Source of the DNA: an uncultured Nitrospiraceae bacterium
Lineage (GTDB): Bacteria; Nitrospirota; Thermodesulfovibrionia; Thermodesulfovibrionales; Dissulfurispiraceae
DNA length: 64,000 bases
Direction of reading: 5' to 3'
Assembly: GCA_963727805.1 (NCBI GenBank)
Contig: CAVSHF010000003.1
Coordinates: 1,952,001 to 2,016,000 of the forward strand
Positions within the stretch are counted from its first letter, which is position 1. The number at the start of each line of letters is the position of its first letter. The position numbers and the translations under genes were made by a program. Below, in pieces: positions 1 through 11,172 of the stretch. The notes beneath the pieces were generated by a model. That model was given only the letters and a program-made list of their open reading frames with translations. It had not been told where the DNA came from and made no database searches.

Positions 1-122
1 GCGTTGTTTACAATAACGTGCCGGACTATCTGGGTAAAAATCTTAATCCGTATAACTATTATCGGTACCGTCAGGATCCCGATAACCCGACAAAAACAAA
101 CCACAAGGACGATAAACACTAA
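1..122 (+). CDS. 3' end of a CpsD/CapB-type tyrosine autokinase (partial, runs off the window)
   Basis: Frame from base 3 reads VVYNNVPDYLGKNLNPYNYYRYRQ...* (TAA 120-122): (G)VVxN motif plus Tyr-rich tail, directly upstream of the PEP-CTERM-type ATPase. Confidence 0.6.
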   Translation, partial: VVYNNVPDYLGKNLNPYNYYRYRQDPDNPTKTNHKDDKH

Positions 123-125
123 CCA

Positions 126-1295
126 ATGTACACATCCTTTTTTGGTCTAACCTGCAATCCCTTTCACCTTACGCCCGATCCCGAGTTTCTTTTTCTCAGC
201 AGGGATCATAAGAAGGCGCTGACTTTCCTAAATTATGGCATATCTTCAAACACGGGATTCATCCTTGTTACTGGAGAAGTGGGGACCGGTAAGACCACTC
301 TCATCAGAAAGATCTTACAAGGATTACAAAAAGATATTAAAGTGGCCCGCGTTAATAATACACTAGTGAACTCTGAGCAGCTCATATCTATGATCAATGA
401 CGATTTCGGGATCGAGACAAACGGCAAGGACAAGACCAGAATGCTCAGAGACCTCTCCGATTTTATTATCAACCAATATGCGCAGGGATTGAGAACAGCC
501 CTCATTATCGATGAGGCCCAAAATCTCTCCTCAGAACTGCTTGAAGAAATCAGGCTCCTTTCAAATCTCGAAACCGACAAATCAAAGTTACTCCAGATTA
601 TTTTGCTGGGACAGCCGGAATTGAAAAAAACCCTCGCCGTACCTGAACTAAGACAACTCAGGCAGCGAATCAGTATCAGCTGCCATATCAGTCCCCTCAA
701 CAGGACAGAATCGGAGGAGTATGTTTTACATCGCCTCGAAATTGCCGGCAATAGGAAGGCAGTCAGTTTCCTTGACGGCGCCTTCGATGCCCTTCATTCT
801 GCTACGCGGGGCATTCCGCGACTCATCAACATTTTTTGTGATTTCCTGCTTTTAGCTGCCTTTACCGAGGGAACGAAGGACATATCCGTGGACATGGTAA
901 CAGAAATAGCGGCAGATCTCGATTCCGAAAAAAACTACTGGAGCGACACCCGGATGGAAGTAGAAAAAGACAGCGGAGTGAATGTCCTGCAGCCCGTTCT
1001 CAGGAGGCTCGACAATATCGAATCAGCCATGCGCAGGCATAATGGTTCAAACGTTAATGTCGAGGAAATTGCCACGAAAGTGGCCAATTTGGAGGACATA
1101 GTTGCGACTATTGAAAAATCCAGGTCCGAGCCTCGGGGACCAGTTTCTCCCGGCGACAACAGTTTAGTACAGAACATTCTGAGTGAGATCGGAGACCTTA
1201 AAAGGAAACTTGTCGAGATTGAACATAAGCAGCTGTTGACCCTTGAGCCTCAAATCCCCAAAAGGAAGTATTTCTGGTCGAAAATATTCAATTAA
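126..1295 (+). CDS. ExeA-like AAA ATPase, XrtA/PEP-CTERM-system-associated type
   Basis: MYxxFFGLxxxPFxLTPDPEFLF start, Walker A GEVGTGKTT, Walker B LIIDEAQNL, LLGQPEL, GIPRLIN. Confidence 0.9.
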   Translation: MYTSFFGLTCNPFHLTPDPEFLFLSRDHKKALTFLNYGISSNTGFILVTGEVGTGKTTLIRKILQGLQKDIKVARVNNTLVNSEQLISMINDDFGIETNGKDKTRMLRDLSDFIINQYAQGLRTALIIDEAQNLSSELLEEIRLLSNLETDKSKLLQIILLGQPELKKTLAVPELRQLRQRISISCHISPLNRTESEEYVLHRLEIAGNRKAVSFLDGAFDALHSATRGIPRLINIFCDFLLLAAFTEGTKDISVDMVTEIAADLDSEKNYWSDTRMEVEKDSGVNVLQPVLRRLDNIESAMRRHNGSNVNVEEIATKVANLEDIVATIEKSRSEPRGPVSPGDNSLVQNILSEIGDLKRKLVEIEHKQLLTLEPQIPKRKYFWSKIFN

Positions 1296-1310
1296 GCCCA
1301 CTGATAGTCC

Positions 1311-1547
1311 ATGTGCGGGATAGCAGGAATAGTTAACATAGGACGTAATGCTGAAGTCGCCAGTTTGCTGCTCGACAAGTTGATAGCGGCTGTACAAGAT
1401 TGCGAACCTGACGGTTTCGGCCTTGATAAAGACAACAACATCTGCTTTATACCATGTCAGCCACCGAGGTCATCATACGTCTCTTATGGAAATCACAGGA
1501 CAGAATACCGGAAATTTCTTAGCGGACAGTTTGCATTTGCAATTTAG
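1311..1547 (+). pseudogene. truncated asparagine synthase (AsnB-like) N-terminal remnant
   Basis: Starts MCGIAGIV, has a degenerate RGPD-like EPDGFG and GQFAFAI, but is only 78 aa. Confidence 0.65.
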
Positions 1548-1594
1548 GAAAAAAAATGACAACAATATACCGGATCAGCCCTCTCTTTTAACTC

Positions 1595-2443
1595 ATGTTT
1601 AACGCCCTTACTATAGATGTGGAAGACTATTATATGGTATCCGCCTTTGCAGACCGGATATCCTTTGATGACTGGAGCGGCTACGAAAGCCGTGTCGAGA
1701 GGAATACACATAGAATTCTCGGCCTCTTGAATGAGCACGACGCCAAAGGCACTTTTTTCGTTCTTGGCTGGATAGCGGAACGATTTCCTGCACTGATCAG
1801 AGAGATTCATTCCCAGGGTCATGAGATTGCCAGTCACGGTTATAATCATCGGCTCGTGTACGGTCTCTCGCCTCAAGAATTCAGAGAAGATCTGAGACTA
1901 TCGAGAGATATTCTTCAAGACATTACTGGGGTGCCTGTGCTGGGGTATCGGGCTGCAAGCTATTCGATCGTCAAGCGGAGTATCTGGGCTCTCGACATCC
2001 TGATAGAAGAGGGCTTCGTCTATGACTCGAGCATATTTCCGGTCTATCACGACCGCTACGGTATGCCTGGAGCGAAGCGCCACCCGCATGTTGTCACAAG
2101 GCCGGTTGGTTCAATCATCGAATTCCCCCCCGCTACTCTGAAGGTCGGAAAGTCAGTCTTCCCGGTAGCTGGCGGAGGGTATCTGAGATTGCTCCCTATG
2201 TCTTTAACACGGCATGCTATGCGTCGGCTAAATGAACACGAAAAACAGATAGCGGTCGTTTATCTGCATCCTTGGGAGATAGATCCTAATCAGCCGCGCA
2301 TTGAAGGTAAGTTACTGTCTCGACTCAGGCATTATGTCAATCTTGATTCCACCTTTATGAAACTCGACACGTTGCTTACTGATTTTAAATTCGAGTCGCT
2401 GAGAACTCTAATGAAGCGCCACAGCCCTCAATTTATATTTTAG
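1595..2443 (+). CDS. polysaccharide deacetylase, XrtA/PEP-CTERM-locus type (DUF3473)
   Basis: NALTIDVEDY, TFFVLGWIAE, HEIASHGYNH, GYRAASYSI, YDSSIFP, PVAGGGYLR, YLHPWEID. Confidence 0.9.
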   Translation: MFNALTIDVEDYYMVSAFADRISFDDWSGYESRVERNTHRILGLLNEHDAKGTFFVLGWIAERFPALIREIHSQGHEIASHGYNHRLVYGLSPQEFREDLRLSRDILQDITGVPVLGYRAASYSIVKRSIWALDILIEEGFVYDSSIFPVYHDRYGMPGAKRHPHVVTRPVGSIIEFPPATLKVGKSVFPVAGGGYLRLLPMSLTRHAMRRLNEHEKQIAVVYLHPWEIDPNQPRIEGKLLSRLRHYVNLDSTFMKLDTLLTDFKFESLRTLMKRHSPQFIF

Positions 2444-2538
2444 ACAATGAGATGCTCTGTAGCAATGATACCCAGTTGTTTAGTTGAATAATATTGCTGA
2501 AGAGCAACCAATTGATGAAAAAAAGGAGGATTAGCCCG

Positions 2539-3576
2539 ATGATAAATAAGATTAATACACAGCTTTCACATGCGCCAAAAAAATGGCTTATTACCGGAGT
2601 GGCAGGATTTATCGGCTCGAATCTTCTAGAACAGCTACTCAGACTCGGTCAAACCGTCGTCGGTCTCGACAATTTTTCTACCGGTAAGATGCAGAATCTT
2701 CTTGATGTAAAAGAGCTGGTTGAGTCAGACGCGTGGGACAGTTTTTCACTTCTAGAAGGTGACATACGGAACGTCGATACTTGTAAGAATGCTTGCATTG
2801 GCGTCGATTATATTCTTCATCAAGCCGCATTGGGAAGCGTCCCACGATCGATAGAGGATCCTCAAACGACTCATCAATCAAACATCGATGGTTTCCTCAA
2901 TATGATTATTGCCGCCCGTGATGCACACGTTGATCGCTTTGTTTATGCAGCTTCTTCATCCACATATGGGGACAATCCGGTTCTGCCTAAAAGAGAGAAC
3001 TCAATCGGCAAGCCGCTTTCACCTTATGCCGTGACAAAATATGTGAATGAGCTTTATGCCGATGTCTTTGCCCGACTATATAATATGAAGTGTATTGGCT
3101 TGCGATACTTCAATGTATTCGGACGCCGGCAAGATCCCATGGGCGCCTACGCTGCTGTTATCCCGAAGTGGATCGTCCAACTGCTCGACCGCGAGATTCC
3201 GCTCATCAACGGTGATGGGGAGACGAGCCGGGATTTCTGCTACATTGATAACGTAATCCAGGCAAACATACTTTCAGCAACAACAGAACGGGAAGAGGCA
3301 CTTAATCAGGTCTATAATATTGCAGTCGGGGAAAGGACTACTCTGAACGAACTCTTTTTCATGATCAGGAGATTAATGTCAGCTTACGATGATGGGGTGA
3401 AAGAGATAATGCCTCAATACGGTCTCGAAAGAAGTGGTGACGTCAGACATTCCCTGGCCGATATCAAAAAAGCTACGGAACTCCTTGGATACGATCCCGT
3501 TTACTCGGTACAAGAAGGAATGCAGAAAACTGTAGAGTGGTTTTATAAAATGAGATATTCCTGTACAAATACATAA
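2539..3576 (+). CDS. UDP-GlcNAc(A) 4-epimerase, WbpP/TviC-like SDR
   Basis: [41 protein letters not shown]; start moved to ATG 2539 after an AGGAGG RBS. Confidence 0.9.
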   Translation: MINKINTQLSHAPKKWLITGVAGFIGSNLLEQLLRLGQTVVGLDNFSTGKMQNLLDVKELVESDAWDSFSLLEGDIRNVDTCKNACIGVDYILHQAALGSVPRSIEDPQTTHQSNIDGFLNMIIAARDAHVDRFVYAASSSTYGDNPVLPKRENSIGKPLSPYAVTKYVNELYADVFARLYNMKCIGLRYFNVFGRRQDPMGAYAAVIPKWIVQLLDREIPLINGDGETSRDFCYIDNVIQANILSATTEREEALNQVYNIAVGERTTLNELFFMIRRLMSAYDDGVKEIMPQYGLERSGDVRHSLADIKKATELLGYDPVYSVQEGMQKTVEWFYKMRYSCTNT

Positions 3577-3630
3577 AGCCCGTTGCACGCCTCCACTTAG
3601 TTTGAGCCCGGGGTGGATTAGCAGATAAAG

Positions 3631-4785
3631 ATGGCCCGTCCCTCGATGGAAATACTTTTCTTTTTATCACTACTGGCAGTCCTATATGTTTATGCGGGAT
3701 ATCCAATGATGATCTACTGTCTTTCTCTGCTGAGGAGAAAGACAGTGTTATGTGGAAACTATGAGCCATCTGTTACAATCTTGATCGCAGCCTACAATGA
3801 AGAACGTTGGATTGATGAGACGATTCGCAACAAATTGGCACTCGACTATCCGCTTCAAAAACTGGAAATCATCGTAGTTTCTGATGGGTCAACGGATGAA
3901 ACTGACATGATTGTAAAGCGTTACCTGAACCAGCACGTCAGGTTGATCAGACAGGAACCTCGTGCAGGGAAGACAGCCGCACTCAATAGTGCAGTGAAAG
4001 AGGCAAAAAGTGAGATATTGGTCTTTGCTGATGCGAATTCGCTTTATGAACGGGATGCCTTGCGTAAGCTGATGCGGAACTTTGCAGATGCCTCTGTGGG
4101 GTATGTGACAGGGAAAATGGTATATACATATTCAGATGGAACTCTTGTGGGTGACGGGTGCTCAGCCTATATGAAGTACGAAAACCTACTTCGCTTCTAT
4201 GAGACGAGGATTCATTCAGTGGTAGGGGTTGACGGAGGTGTCGACGCAATACTTAGAAAGCTGTACCGTACTATGAGGCCTGATCAACTCCCGGACTTTG
4301 TACTGCCGCTCCGTATAGTGGAACAGGGATACAGGGTAGTGTACGAGCCAGAGGCAGTTCTTAGGGAAGCTACTTTAAAAGCAGGAGCAGATGAGTACCG
4401 AATGCGTGTCAGAGTATCATTGAGAGCCCTCTGGGCGCTTTGGGATATGAGGCACTTATTGAACGTGAGAAAATATGGCATATTTTCCTGGCAATTGCTG
4501 TCGCATAAGGTGCTACGGTATCTGGCAATTCTATTTCTGATCGGGCTATTCATATCAAACATCTGGCTGTGCAGCGACAGCGCAGGCTATACCGCAGTCA
4601 TGGTTGTTCAGACGATATTTTACTCTATGGCTCTTTTGGCTGCACTTACTCAGGAACTGACATGTAAGATAAAATTATTGTATGTTCCATACTATTTTAC
4701 CTTGATCAATTTGGCTGCCGGACATGCTTTGGTGAAATTTTTGCTCGGAGAAAAACAGGTTATATGGACGCCCAGAAAGGGATAA
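3631..4785 (+). CDS. GT2 glycosyltransferase with transmembrane segments
   Basis: ILIAAYNEE, VSDGSTD, GKTAALN, FADAN; hydrophobic N- and C-terminal helices. Confidence 0.88.
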   Translation: MARPSMEILFFLSLLAVLYVYAGYPMMIYCLSLLRRKTVLCGNYEPSVTILIAAYNEERWIDETIRNKLALDYPLQKLEIIVVSDGSTDETDMIVKRYLNQHVRLIRQEPRAGKTAALNSAVKEAKSEILVFADANSLYERDALRKLMRNFADASVGYVTGKMVYTYSDGTLVGDGCSAYMKYENLLRFYETRIHSVVGVDGGVDAILRKLYRTMRPDQLPDFVLPLRIVEQGYRVVYEPEAVLREATLKAGADEYRMRVRVSLRALWALWDMRHLLNVRKYGIFSWQLLSHKVLRYLAILFLIGLFISNIWLCSDSAGYTAVMVVQTIFYSMALLAALTQELTCKIKLLYVPYYFTLINLAAGHALVKFLLGEKQVIWTPRKG

Positions 4786-4795
4786 GAATTCTCCC

Positions 4796-5986
4796 ATGAC
4801 AAGAATTCTGCACGTCATTGATAGCGGCGGGATGTACGGCGCGGAGGTCATGCTCCTGAACCTTGTTGCCGAGCAGCTACGACAGGGCATGGAGCCGGTT
4901 ATCGCAAGTATCGGTGACCCCCGTTGTGGAGAAAAACCATTGGAGACGGAGGCCCGACGTCGCGGCCTGAGGGTTGAGACCTTTCGCATGCGTCCCGGTC
5001 CCAATATTGTAGGAGTTTGCAAGGTTCTGCGATTCGCCCGGCGCATTGGGTCAGATATCCTCCACTCTCACGGCTACAAGGGGAATATACTCTTCGGAAT
5101 GATGCCGAAAAAGCTCCGCCGGATTCCCATAGTCGCCACGCTTCACGGCTGGACCTGGACCGGTGGATGGGACAGGATGCGGATCTACGAATGGCTAGAC
5201 CGCCTGAGCCTTCGTTTCATCGACCGAGTGGTGGTCGTCAACCGGGCGATGAGTGAAATGGTGAAGTTCAAAGGGTTTCATGTGGTGAACAACGGCATCC
5301 CCATTGACGCGGGTGACCTTTCGGAAATACCTGAAGAAGAGCAGTGTCAGGAACACCTGGGAATCGAGGCCTTTTGCCGGGGAGGCTTCACCATCGGCGC
5401 CATCGGACGCCTCTCCCCGGAAAAGGGCTTTCAAATTCTCCTTGACGCGGTAAAAGAAGTGGCGGAGATAAACCCGAAGGTCCGGCTGGTGATCCTTGGT
5501 GATGGTGATGAACGGGGCGTCCTGGAGGCGCGGATAAAGAGCCTGGGGATTGAACAGCGAGTGCTGATGCCGGGTTATGTGGCGAACGCAGCAGGACGTT
5601 TCTTACCCCTCTTCCGGGCATTCGTACTCTCCTCTCTGACCGAGGGGCTTCCTATCGTCATCCTTGAGGCGATGCAAGCTGGGGTGCCGATCGTAGCCAC
5701 CAGGGTCGGCGGGGTTCCCGATGTACTGGAGAATGGAAAGGCTGGTATTCTGGTAGACGCTCGTTCCTCAAAGAAGCTGGCAGAAGGGATACGGATTCTA
5801 ATGTCCGATACTACATCTGCAAAGCGAATGACTGATATTGCAATGGACTTGGTTAAAACGAAATATTCAGCCGCAGTAATGGGTCAAAAGTATAGAGAAA
5901 TATATGAGGATTTGGTGAGAATTCATAGAGCCGGGAAGGGAAATAACGGAGTCAAAATTGGAAATAAAAGTTTTATTAGTAGGTGA
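4796..5986 (+). CDS. GT4 glycosyltransferase
   Basis: GGMYGAE, GRLSPEKG, EGLPIVILEAMQAGVPIVATRVGG. Confidence 0.9.
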   Translation: MTRILHVIDSGGMYGAEVMLLNLVAEQLRQGMEPVIASIGDPRCGEKPLETEARRRGLRVETFRMRPGPNIVGVCKVLRFARRIGSDILHSHGYKGNILFGMMPKKLRRIPIVATLHGWTWTGGWDRMRIYEWLDRLSLRFIDRVVVVNRAMSEMVKFKGFHVVNNGIPIDAGDLSEIPEEEQCQEHLGIEAFCRGGFTIGAIGRLSPEKGFQILLDAVKEVAEINPKVRLVILGDGDERGVLEARIKSLGIEQRVLMPGYVANAAGRFLPLFRAFVLSSLTEGLPIVILEAMQAGVPIVATRVGGVPDVLENGKAGILVDARSSKKLAEGIRILMSDTTSAKRMTDIAMDLVKTKYSAAVMGQKYREIYEDLVRIHRAGKGNNGVKIGNKSFISR

Positions 5987-7277
5987 TAACAGTACAAACC
6001 CGAATTGGGGTGGAAGAGGCGCCAGTTTGGCTCTGCTCCAGATGCTAGATGAAAGGTTTCAGATATCAGGTACCGTCCCCGGCAGCGCTTTTCAGCTTGC
6101 AAGCGCCGGTTTTGGCTATGTCAAAACCTTTTTCCCGAAGAAATACAACTGGCTTTTCCTCAATTTAGTAGTTAACCGACACAGGAGAAAGCTATATGAC
6201 TGGTACGTGAGATTCGAGGAGCTCTGCGGGGCAAAGGATTTCATTGCCCACGACCCTGCCGAAACTGCAGAAAATATCCTCCGCTACAAAAGCAGGTATT
6301 GGGAAATCCGGGAGCTATTCGACAAGGTCGATAATGCAGATCTTATCCTGATTCATGGAGAAGGTGACATTGTTTTCACCACGCCACCGAAAAGGGAGGC
6401 TCTATTCCTGCTAGGCATGGCGGAATTGGGGCTGCGTTTAGACAAAAAGGTGGTCTTTGCGAACGGGTTGCTTTCTGATTGCCAAGCCACTGGGCGTAAT
6501 GTTAAGACACTGGAATTTGCACGAACGACACTGACACGATGCAATGCCGTTATAGTCAGGGATTACGAGTCTTTTGAGTATGTTAAGACTGAGATGCCTG
6601 AGGCGTCAAGCGCCTTGGTTCCCGATTCGCTATTCACATGGTATCCTATAATTGAAAAATTCGGGGATAGTATTCCCGCAAATGGTGACTTTATCCTCCC
6701 CTTTCCAGAAAAAAGGAGTAATTTGGGAAAACTTGATTTCTCCAAGCCATATATGTGTATAGGTGGAAGCGCCGTGGCAGCCAAGGACAAGAACAAGTCA
6801 GCAGAGTATTTCAAAAGATTAGTCGCAGTGATCCGGGAACTTGGCTATTCGGTCTACCTCACCGAAAACTGCGGTGGTGATTCGTTCTTGGAGGAGGTTG
6901 CGGCAACTGAAGGGGTGGGACTCGTTCCTGTCTATACATCAGTGTTCATGGCAGGTGCAATACTTGCAAATGCCAGACTGTTCATCTCCGGCAGGTACCA
7001 CCCTGCGATCCTCGCATCCTTGGGTGGCACACCTTGTATTTTTCTTGGTTCGAGCGGACACAAGATGCACAGCCTGCAAAAGATCCTCGAATACGAATAT
7101 ATCCGGGAATTTCCAGTTTTCCCACGCACCGAAGACATTCACGAAATCAAGGAACTGGCTAAGACATACATTGACCGAGGTGAACCTATGCGGGAAAGGA
7201 TTAAGGCGGTAGCAAAGAAGCGGTACGAAGAGGCTATCAGACTGCCTGATATGATTCTTGGCCAGCCCTTAAACTAG
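5958..7277 (+). CDS. polysaccharide pyruvyl transferase family protein
   Basis: N-terminal NxNWG, HGEG, VIVRDYES, VPDSLF, ISGRYHPAILA; TTG start uncertain. Confidence 0.7.
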   Translation: MEIKVLLVGDNSTNPNWGGRGASLALLQMLDERFQISGTVPGSAFQLASAGFGYVKTFFPKKYNWLFLNLVVNRHRRKLYDWYVRFEELCGAKDFIAHDPAETAENILRYKSRYWEIRELFDKVDNADLILIHGEGDIVFTTPPKREALFLLGMAELGLRLDKKVVFANGLLSDCQATGRNVKTLEFARTTLTRCNAVIVRDYESFEYVKTEMPEASSALVPDSLFTWYPIIEKFGDSIPANGDFILPFPEKRSNLGKLDFSKPYMCIGGSAVAAKDKNKSAEYFKRLVAVIRELGYSVYLTENCGGDSFLEEVAATEGVGLVPVYTSVFMAGAILANARLFISGRYHPAILASLGGTPCIFLGSSGHKMHSLQKILEYEYIREFPVFPRTEDIHEIKELAKTYIDRGEPMRERIKAVAKKRYEEAIRLPDMILGQPLN

Positions 7278-7349
7278 TGTCGAGATGATTCTACCGCGAC
7301 ATCAGGGCTAAGTAAATACCCCTAATATATACAGAGAATACGGACAACA

Positions 7350-8360
7350 ATGAACCTAAAAAACAGAAAAATTCTTGTTACCGGGGCCGATGGGTTTATC
7401 GGCTCCCACCTAATCGAAGAGCTAGTCCGCCGTGGTTACGATACCCGCGCGTTCGTTATGTACAATTCGTTCAATACCTGGGGGTGGCTCGACCATGCCG
7501 AACCTGAAGTGCGCAAGTCTCTCGACGTATTTGCCGGTGACATCCGCGATCCCCACGGTGTAAAACAAGCCATGAAGGGGTGCGACGCGGTTCTTCACTT
7601 GGCAGCGCTTATAGCCATTCCCTATTCGTACCATTCACCTGACACCTACGTAGACACAAACATCAAGGGCACCCTTAACGTTGTCCAGGCCGCCAGGGAA
7701 CTTGGAGTGGAAAAAGTGGTTCACACGTCCACTAGCGAGGTATACGGAACCGCACGTTTTGTCCCTATTACCGAGGAGCACCCCTTGCAGGGGCAGTCAC
7801 CTTATTCAGCATCAAAGATCGGCGCCGATCAGATTGCCATGTCCTTTTATTCCTCTTTCGATACCCCAGTCGCGATAATTCGCCCTTTCAATACGTACGG
7901 ACCAAGGCAGTCGGCACGAGCTTTTATTCCCACGGTTATAACCCAGATTGCAGCCCGAGCCCATACTCTCAAACTGGGAGCCCTTCATCCGACTCGCGAC
8001 CTCAACTATGTGGCAGACACCGTTGCCGGATTCATTGCGGTGACGGAGAGCGATAACTCTATCGGTGAAGTGATAAACATAGGCAGCAACTATGAAATAT
8101 CCATGGGAGAGACCGCTTCCATTATAGCCGATATTATGGGTGTCGATATTGAGATCATAACCGATCCGGAACGTCTAAGGCCCGGCAAGAGCGAGGTTGA
8201 ACGGCTCTGGGCCGACACTTCAAAGGCCCAAAGACTCCTGAACCACATGCCGAATTATGCCGGACGGGACGGATTGCGGAGAGGCCTGACAGACACCGTT
8301 GAATGGTTCCTGAGCAATGAGAATCTCAAGGCGTACAAGTCTCATATCTATAACATATGA
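7350..8360 (+). CDS. legB: NDP-GlcNAc 4,6-dehydratase (LegB-like)
   Basis: LVTGADGFIGSHL, YNSFNTWGWLD, HLAALIAIPYSY, HTSTSEVYG, QSPYSASKIGAD; first gene of the nonulosonate cluster. Confidence 0.85.
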   Translation: MNLKNRKILVTGADGFIGSHLIEELVRRGYDTRAFVMYNSFNTWGWLDHAEPEVRKSLDVFAGDIRDPHGVKQAMKGCDAVLHLAALIAIPYSYHSPDTYVDTNIKGTLNVVQAARELGVEKVVHTSTSEVYGTARFVPITEEHPLQGQSPYSASKIGADQIAMSFYSSFDTPVAIIRPFNTYGPRQSARAFIPTVITQIAARAHTLKLGALHPTRDLNYVADTVAGFIAVTESDNSIGEVINIGSNYEISMGETASIIADIMGVDIEIITDPERLRPGKSEVERLWADTSKAQRLLNHMPNYAGRDGLRRGLTDTVEWFLSNENLKAYKSHIYNI

Positions 8361-8379
8361 AAACCGCCAAGGTGATCCG

Positions 8380-9534
8380 ATGATACCGCTGTCAGTGCCC
8401 ACGCTTAGAGGGAATGAATGGAAATATGTCAAGGAATGCCTGGATACTGAATGGGTATCCTCTGCCGGTCAGTATGTCGACAGGTTCGAGACGGACTTTT
8501 GTACATTTACTGGGGCAAGCCACGCAGTTGCCTGCGTAAACGGGACAGCTGCGCTTCATGTGGCGCTCCGGCTTGTTGGGGTGCAACCGGGGGACGAGGT
8601 AATCGTTCCGACGCTTACGTTTATTGCCACCGTGAATGCAGTGAATTACATGGCTGCGGAACCGGTTTTCATGGACTGTGACGAATACTACAACATTGAT
8701 GTCCTCAAGACGGCTGAGTTTCTTGATCGAGAGACCGATTTCAAAAACGGAAACACCTGGAGCAGAAAAACAGGAAAGCGGATAGCCGCAATTATACCTG
8801 TTCATGTTTTCGGCAATGCTGTCAAGATGCATGAACTGATCTCACTCTGCGGCGAGCGCAACATCAAGGTGGTCGAGGACGCGACCGAGAGTCTTGGCAC
8901 CTTTTACTCCTCTGGCGATCTGAAGGGGAAACATGCCGGAACTGTGGGCGACATCGGTTGCTTCTCGTTCAACGGAAACAAGATCATCACCACCGGTGGT
9001 GGCGGAATGATCGTCACCAACGTTGTAGAGTACGCCGAAAGGGCCAAATATCTGACCACTCAGGCAAAAGACGACGAGGTAAGATATATTCACAACGAGG
9101 TGGGCTATAACTTTCGTCTGACTAATATCCAAGCGGCAATCGGCGTGGCCCAAATGGAGCTTCTTCCGGAATTCCTGCGCGCGAAGCATAACAACTATAT
9201 TGCCTACAAGAAGAAGATCGAACGGATCGACGGGCTCACCCTGGCGGAAAGCCCCCCATACGCCCGTAATAATTACTGGATGTACCCGCTGCAGATCGAC
9301 CGGGAAGTCTACGGCAAAGACCGCGAGGAGTTGATGGAATACTTGAAGGGGGAAGGGATACAGACCCGCCCTGTTTGGCATCTTAACCACTTGCAGGTTC
9401 CTTACAGCAAGTGCCGAAGTTATCACATAGAGAAGGCCCTTCACTTGCTTGAGGTGACACTGAGTGTTCCGTGCAGCGCAAACTTAAAAATGAGCGAAAT
9501 CGAGTACGTAACTGAAAGGCTGCGTCGTGGTTAG
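8380..9534 (+). CDS. legC: LegC-family PLP-dependent aminotransferase
   Basis: IPLSVP...EWKYVKECLDTEWVSSAG, NGTAALH, EDATESLG, SFNGNKIITTGGGG; start set at ATG 8380. Confidence 0.88.
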   Translation: MIPLSVPTLRGNEWKYVKECLDTEWVSSAGQYVDRFETDFCTFTGASHAVACVNGTAALHVALRLVGVQPGDEVIVPTLTFIATVNAVNYMAAEPVFMDCDEYYNIDVLKTAEFLDRETDFKNGNTWSRKTGKRIAAIIPVHVFGNAVKMHELISLCGERNIKVVEDATESLGTFYSSGDLKGKHAGTVGDIGCFSFNGNKIITTGGGGMIVTNVVEYAERAKYLTTQAKDDEVRYIHNEVGYNFRLTNIQAAIGVAQMELLPEFLRAKHNNYIAYKKKIERIDGLTLAESPPYARNNYWMYPLQIDREVYGKDREELMEYLKGEGIQTRPVWHLNHLQVPYSKCRSYHIEKALHLLEVTLSVPCSANLKMSEIEYVTERLRRG

Positions 9535-10156
9535 AATCGTCGTCATTGGTGGTGGAGGCCACGCCAAGGTGGTTATAAGCATGCTGAAAAAATCCGGCTA
9601 TGACATTGCAGGATATACTGACCGCGGGGACCGGGGTGTTATTCTTGGGATCCCGTATCTCGGCGACGACAGCATCCTTTCGGATTTCAGTGGAAATTAT
9701 CCAGACTGTGTGGCGGTTATCGGCATAGGGAAGATCGACTCATCGCGACTGAGGCTTGCCCTGCAAGACAAAATCGCAACAATTGGCTTCGATTTCCCGG
9801 TTATTGTCTCGCCCCATGCGGTTATCAACGAGACCGTGTCCATCGGTGCAGGCACGGTTGTCTTTGACGGTGTGGTGGTCAACAGCGGTACGGAGATGGG
9901 CAGGGCTTGCATCCTCAACACCAACAGCACTATCGATCATGACTGCCGGCTGGGCGACAACGTCCATATCGCGCCGGGGGTAACTCTCAGCGGTGCTGTG
10001 AACATCGGTCATAACACCATGATCGGAACTGGAGCCACGGTCATCCATTCCGTTTCTATTATTGAGGAGTGCCTGGTTGGTGCTGGCTCGACGGTAGTTA
10101 AGGACATCACCGTACCCGGGACGTATGTGGGATCTCCGGCGAAGAGGATCAGGTGA
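9527..10156 (+). CDS. NeuD/PglD-family sugar acetyltransferase (hexapeptide repeats)
   Basis: IGGGGHAKVV, left-handed beta-helix repeats, DHDC, HIAPG, VGSPAK. Confidence 0.88.
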   Translation: MVRIVVIGGGGHAKVVISMLKKSGYDIAGYTDRGDRGVILGIPYLGDDSILSDFSGNYPDCVAVIGIGKIDSSRLRLALQDKIATIGFDFPVIVSPHAVINETVSIGAGTVVFDGVVVNSGTEMGRACILNTNSTIDHDCRLGDNVHIAPGVTLSGAVNIGHNTMIGTGATVIHSVSIIEECLVGAGSTVVKDITVPGTYVGSPAKRIR

Positions 10157-11172
10157 GCAACAAAAAGAGAGCTTACATTATTGCCGAAGCCGGGGTGAAT
10201 CATAACGGATCACTGGACATTGCCAGAGGCCTCGTTGACGCCGCCAAATTGTGCGGAGCTGATGCCGTCAAGTTCCAGACTTTCAGGACTGAAAGACTCG
10301 TCACTAGAGACGCTGAAAAGGCTCAATACCAGAAACGTACCAGTTCGGGTGGTAATTCGCAGTTCGATATGCTCAAGAAACTCGAACTTAGTGAAGACAA
10401 TTTCAGGGTACTCTTCGATCACTGTAACAAGATCGGAATCGAGTTCCTATCAAGCCCCTTCGACGAAGAGAGCGCGGATCTGCTCGACTCTCTTGGAATG
10501 GCTACCTTTAAAATACCATCCGGTGAGATCACAAACCATCCGTTTCTGAAGCATGTAGCCCAGCGAGGGAAGCCAGTAATCTTGTCAACAGGCATGTCTA
10601 CACTGGGCGAGGTTGAGGAGGCCGTTGGGATTTTCAACGCCTGTGGAACGCCCCATCTCACGCTGTTGCACTGCGTCACCGAGTACCCCGCCCCCTATGG
10701 GGAGACTAACCTGAAAGCGATGATCACCCTGCGAACTGCCTTCGGGCTAGATATAGGGTATTCTGATCACACTCCCGGTATCGAGATTCCGCTGGCGGCA
10801 GTCGCCCTCGGGGCCAAGGTCATTGAAAAGCACTTCACTCTGGATAACGAAATGGATGGTCCTGACCACAGGGCGTCGCTTAATCCGGCCGACTTCGGGC
10901 GAATGGTCCTGGCGATACGGAACGTGGAGCAGGCCATGGGGGATGGGATTAAAAGGCCGGCACGTTGTGAGTTGCAAAATATCGGCATCGCCCGAAAAAG
11001 CATTGTAGCCGCCGAGACGATCAAGAAGGGTGGGATTATCTCACTTGACAAGCTGTCGATCAAACGACCGGGATACGGTATCCAGCCGAAGGACATCGAC
11101 AAACTGATCGGGCTGAGGTCAAACAGGACGATTTCAAAGGATGAAGTTTTGACATGGGATGATCTCGCATGA
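10153..11172 (+). CDS. neuB: nonulosonic acid synthase (NeuB/LegI)
   Basis: IIAEAGVNHNG, DAVKFQTF, KIPSGEITN, LHCVTEYPAP, GYSDHT, IEKHFTLD, GPDH, C-terminal SAF domain. Confidence 0.93.
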   Translation: MSNKKRAYIIAEAGVNHNGSLDIARGLVDAAKLCGADAVKFQTFRTERLVTRDAEKAQYQKRTSSGGNSQFDMLKKLELSEDNFRVLFDHCNKIGIEFLSSPFDEESADLLDSLGMATFKIPSGEITNHPFLKHVAQRGKPVILSTGMSTLGEVEEAVGIFNACGTPHLTLLHCVTEYPAPYGETNLKAMITLRTAFGLDIGYSDHTPGIEIPLAAVALGAKVIEKHFTLDNEMDGPDHRASLNPADFGRMVLAIRNVEQAMGDGIKRPARCELQNIGIARKSIVAAETIKKGGIISLDKLSIKRPGYGIQPKDIDKLIGLRSNRTISKDEVLTWDDLA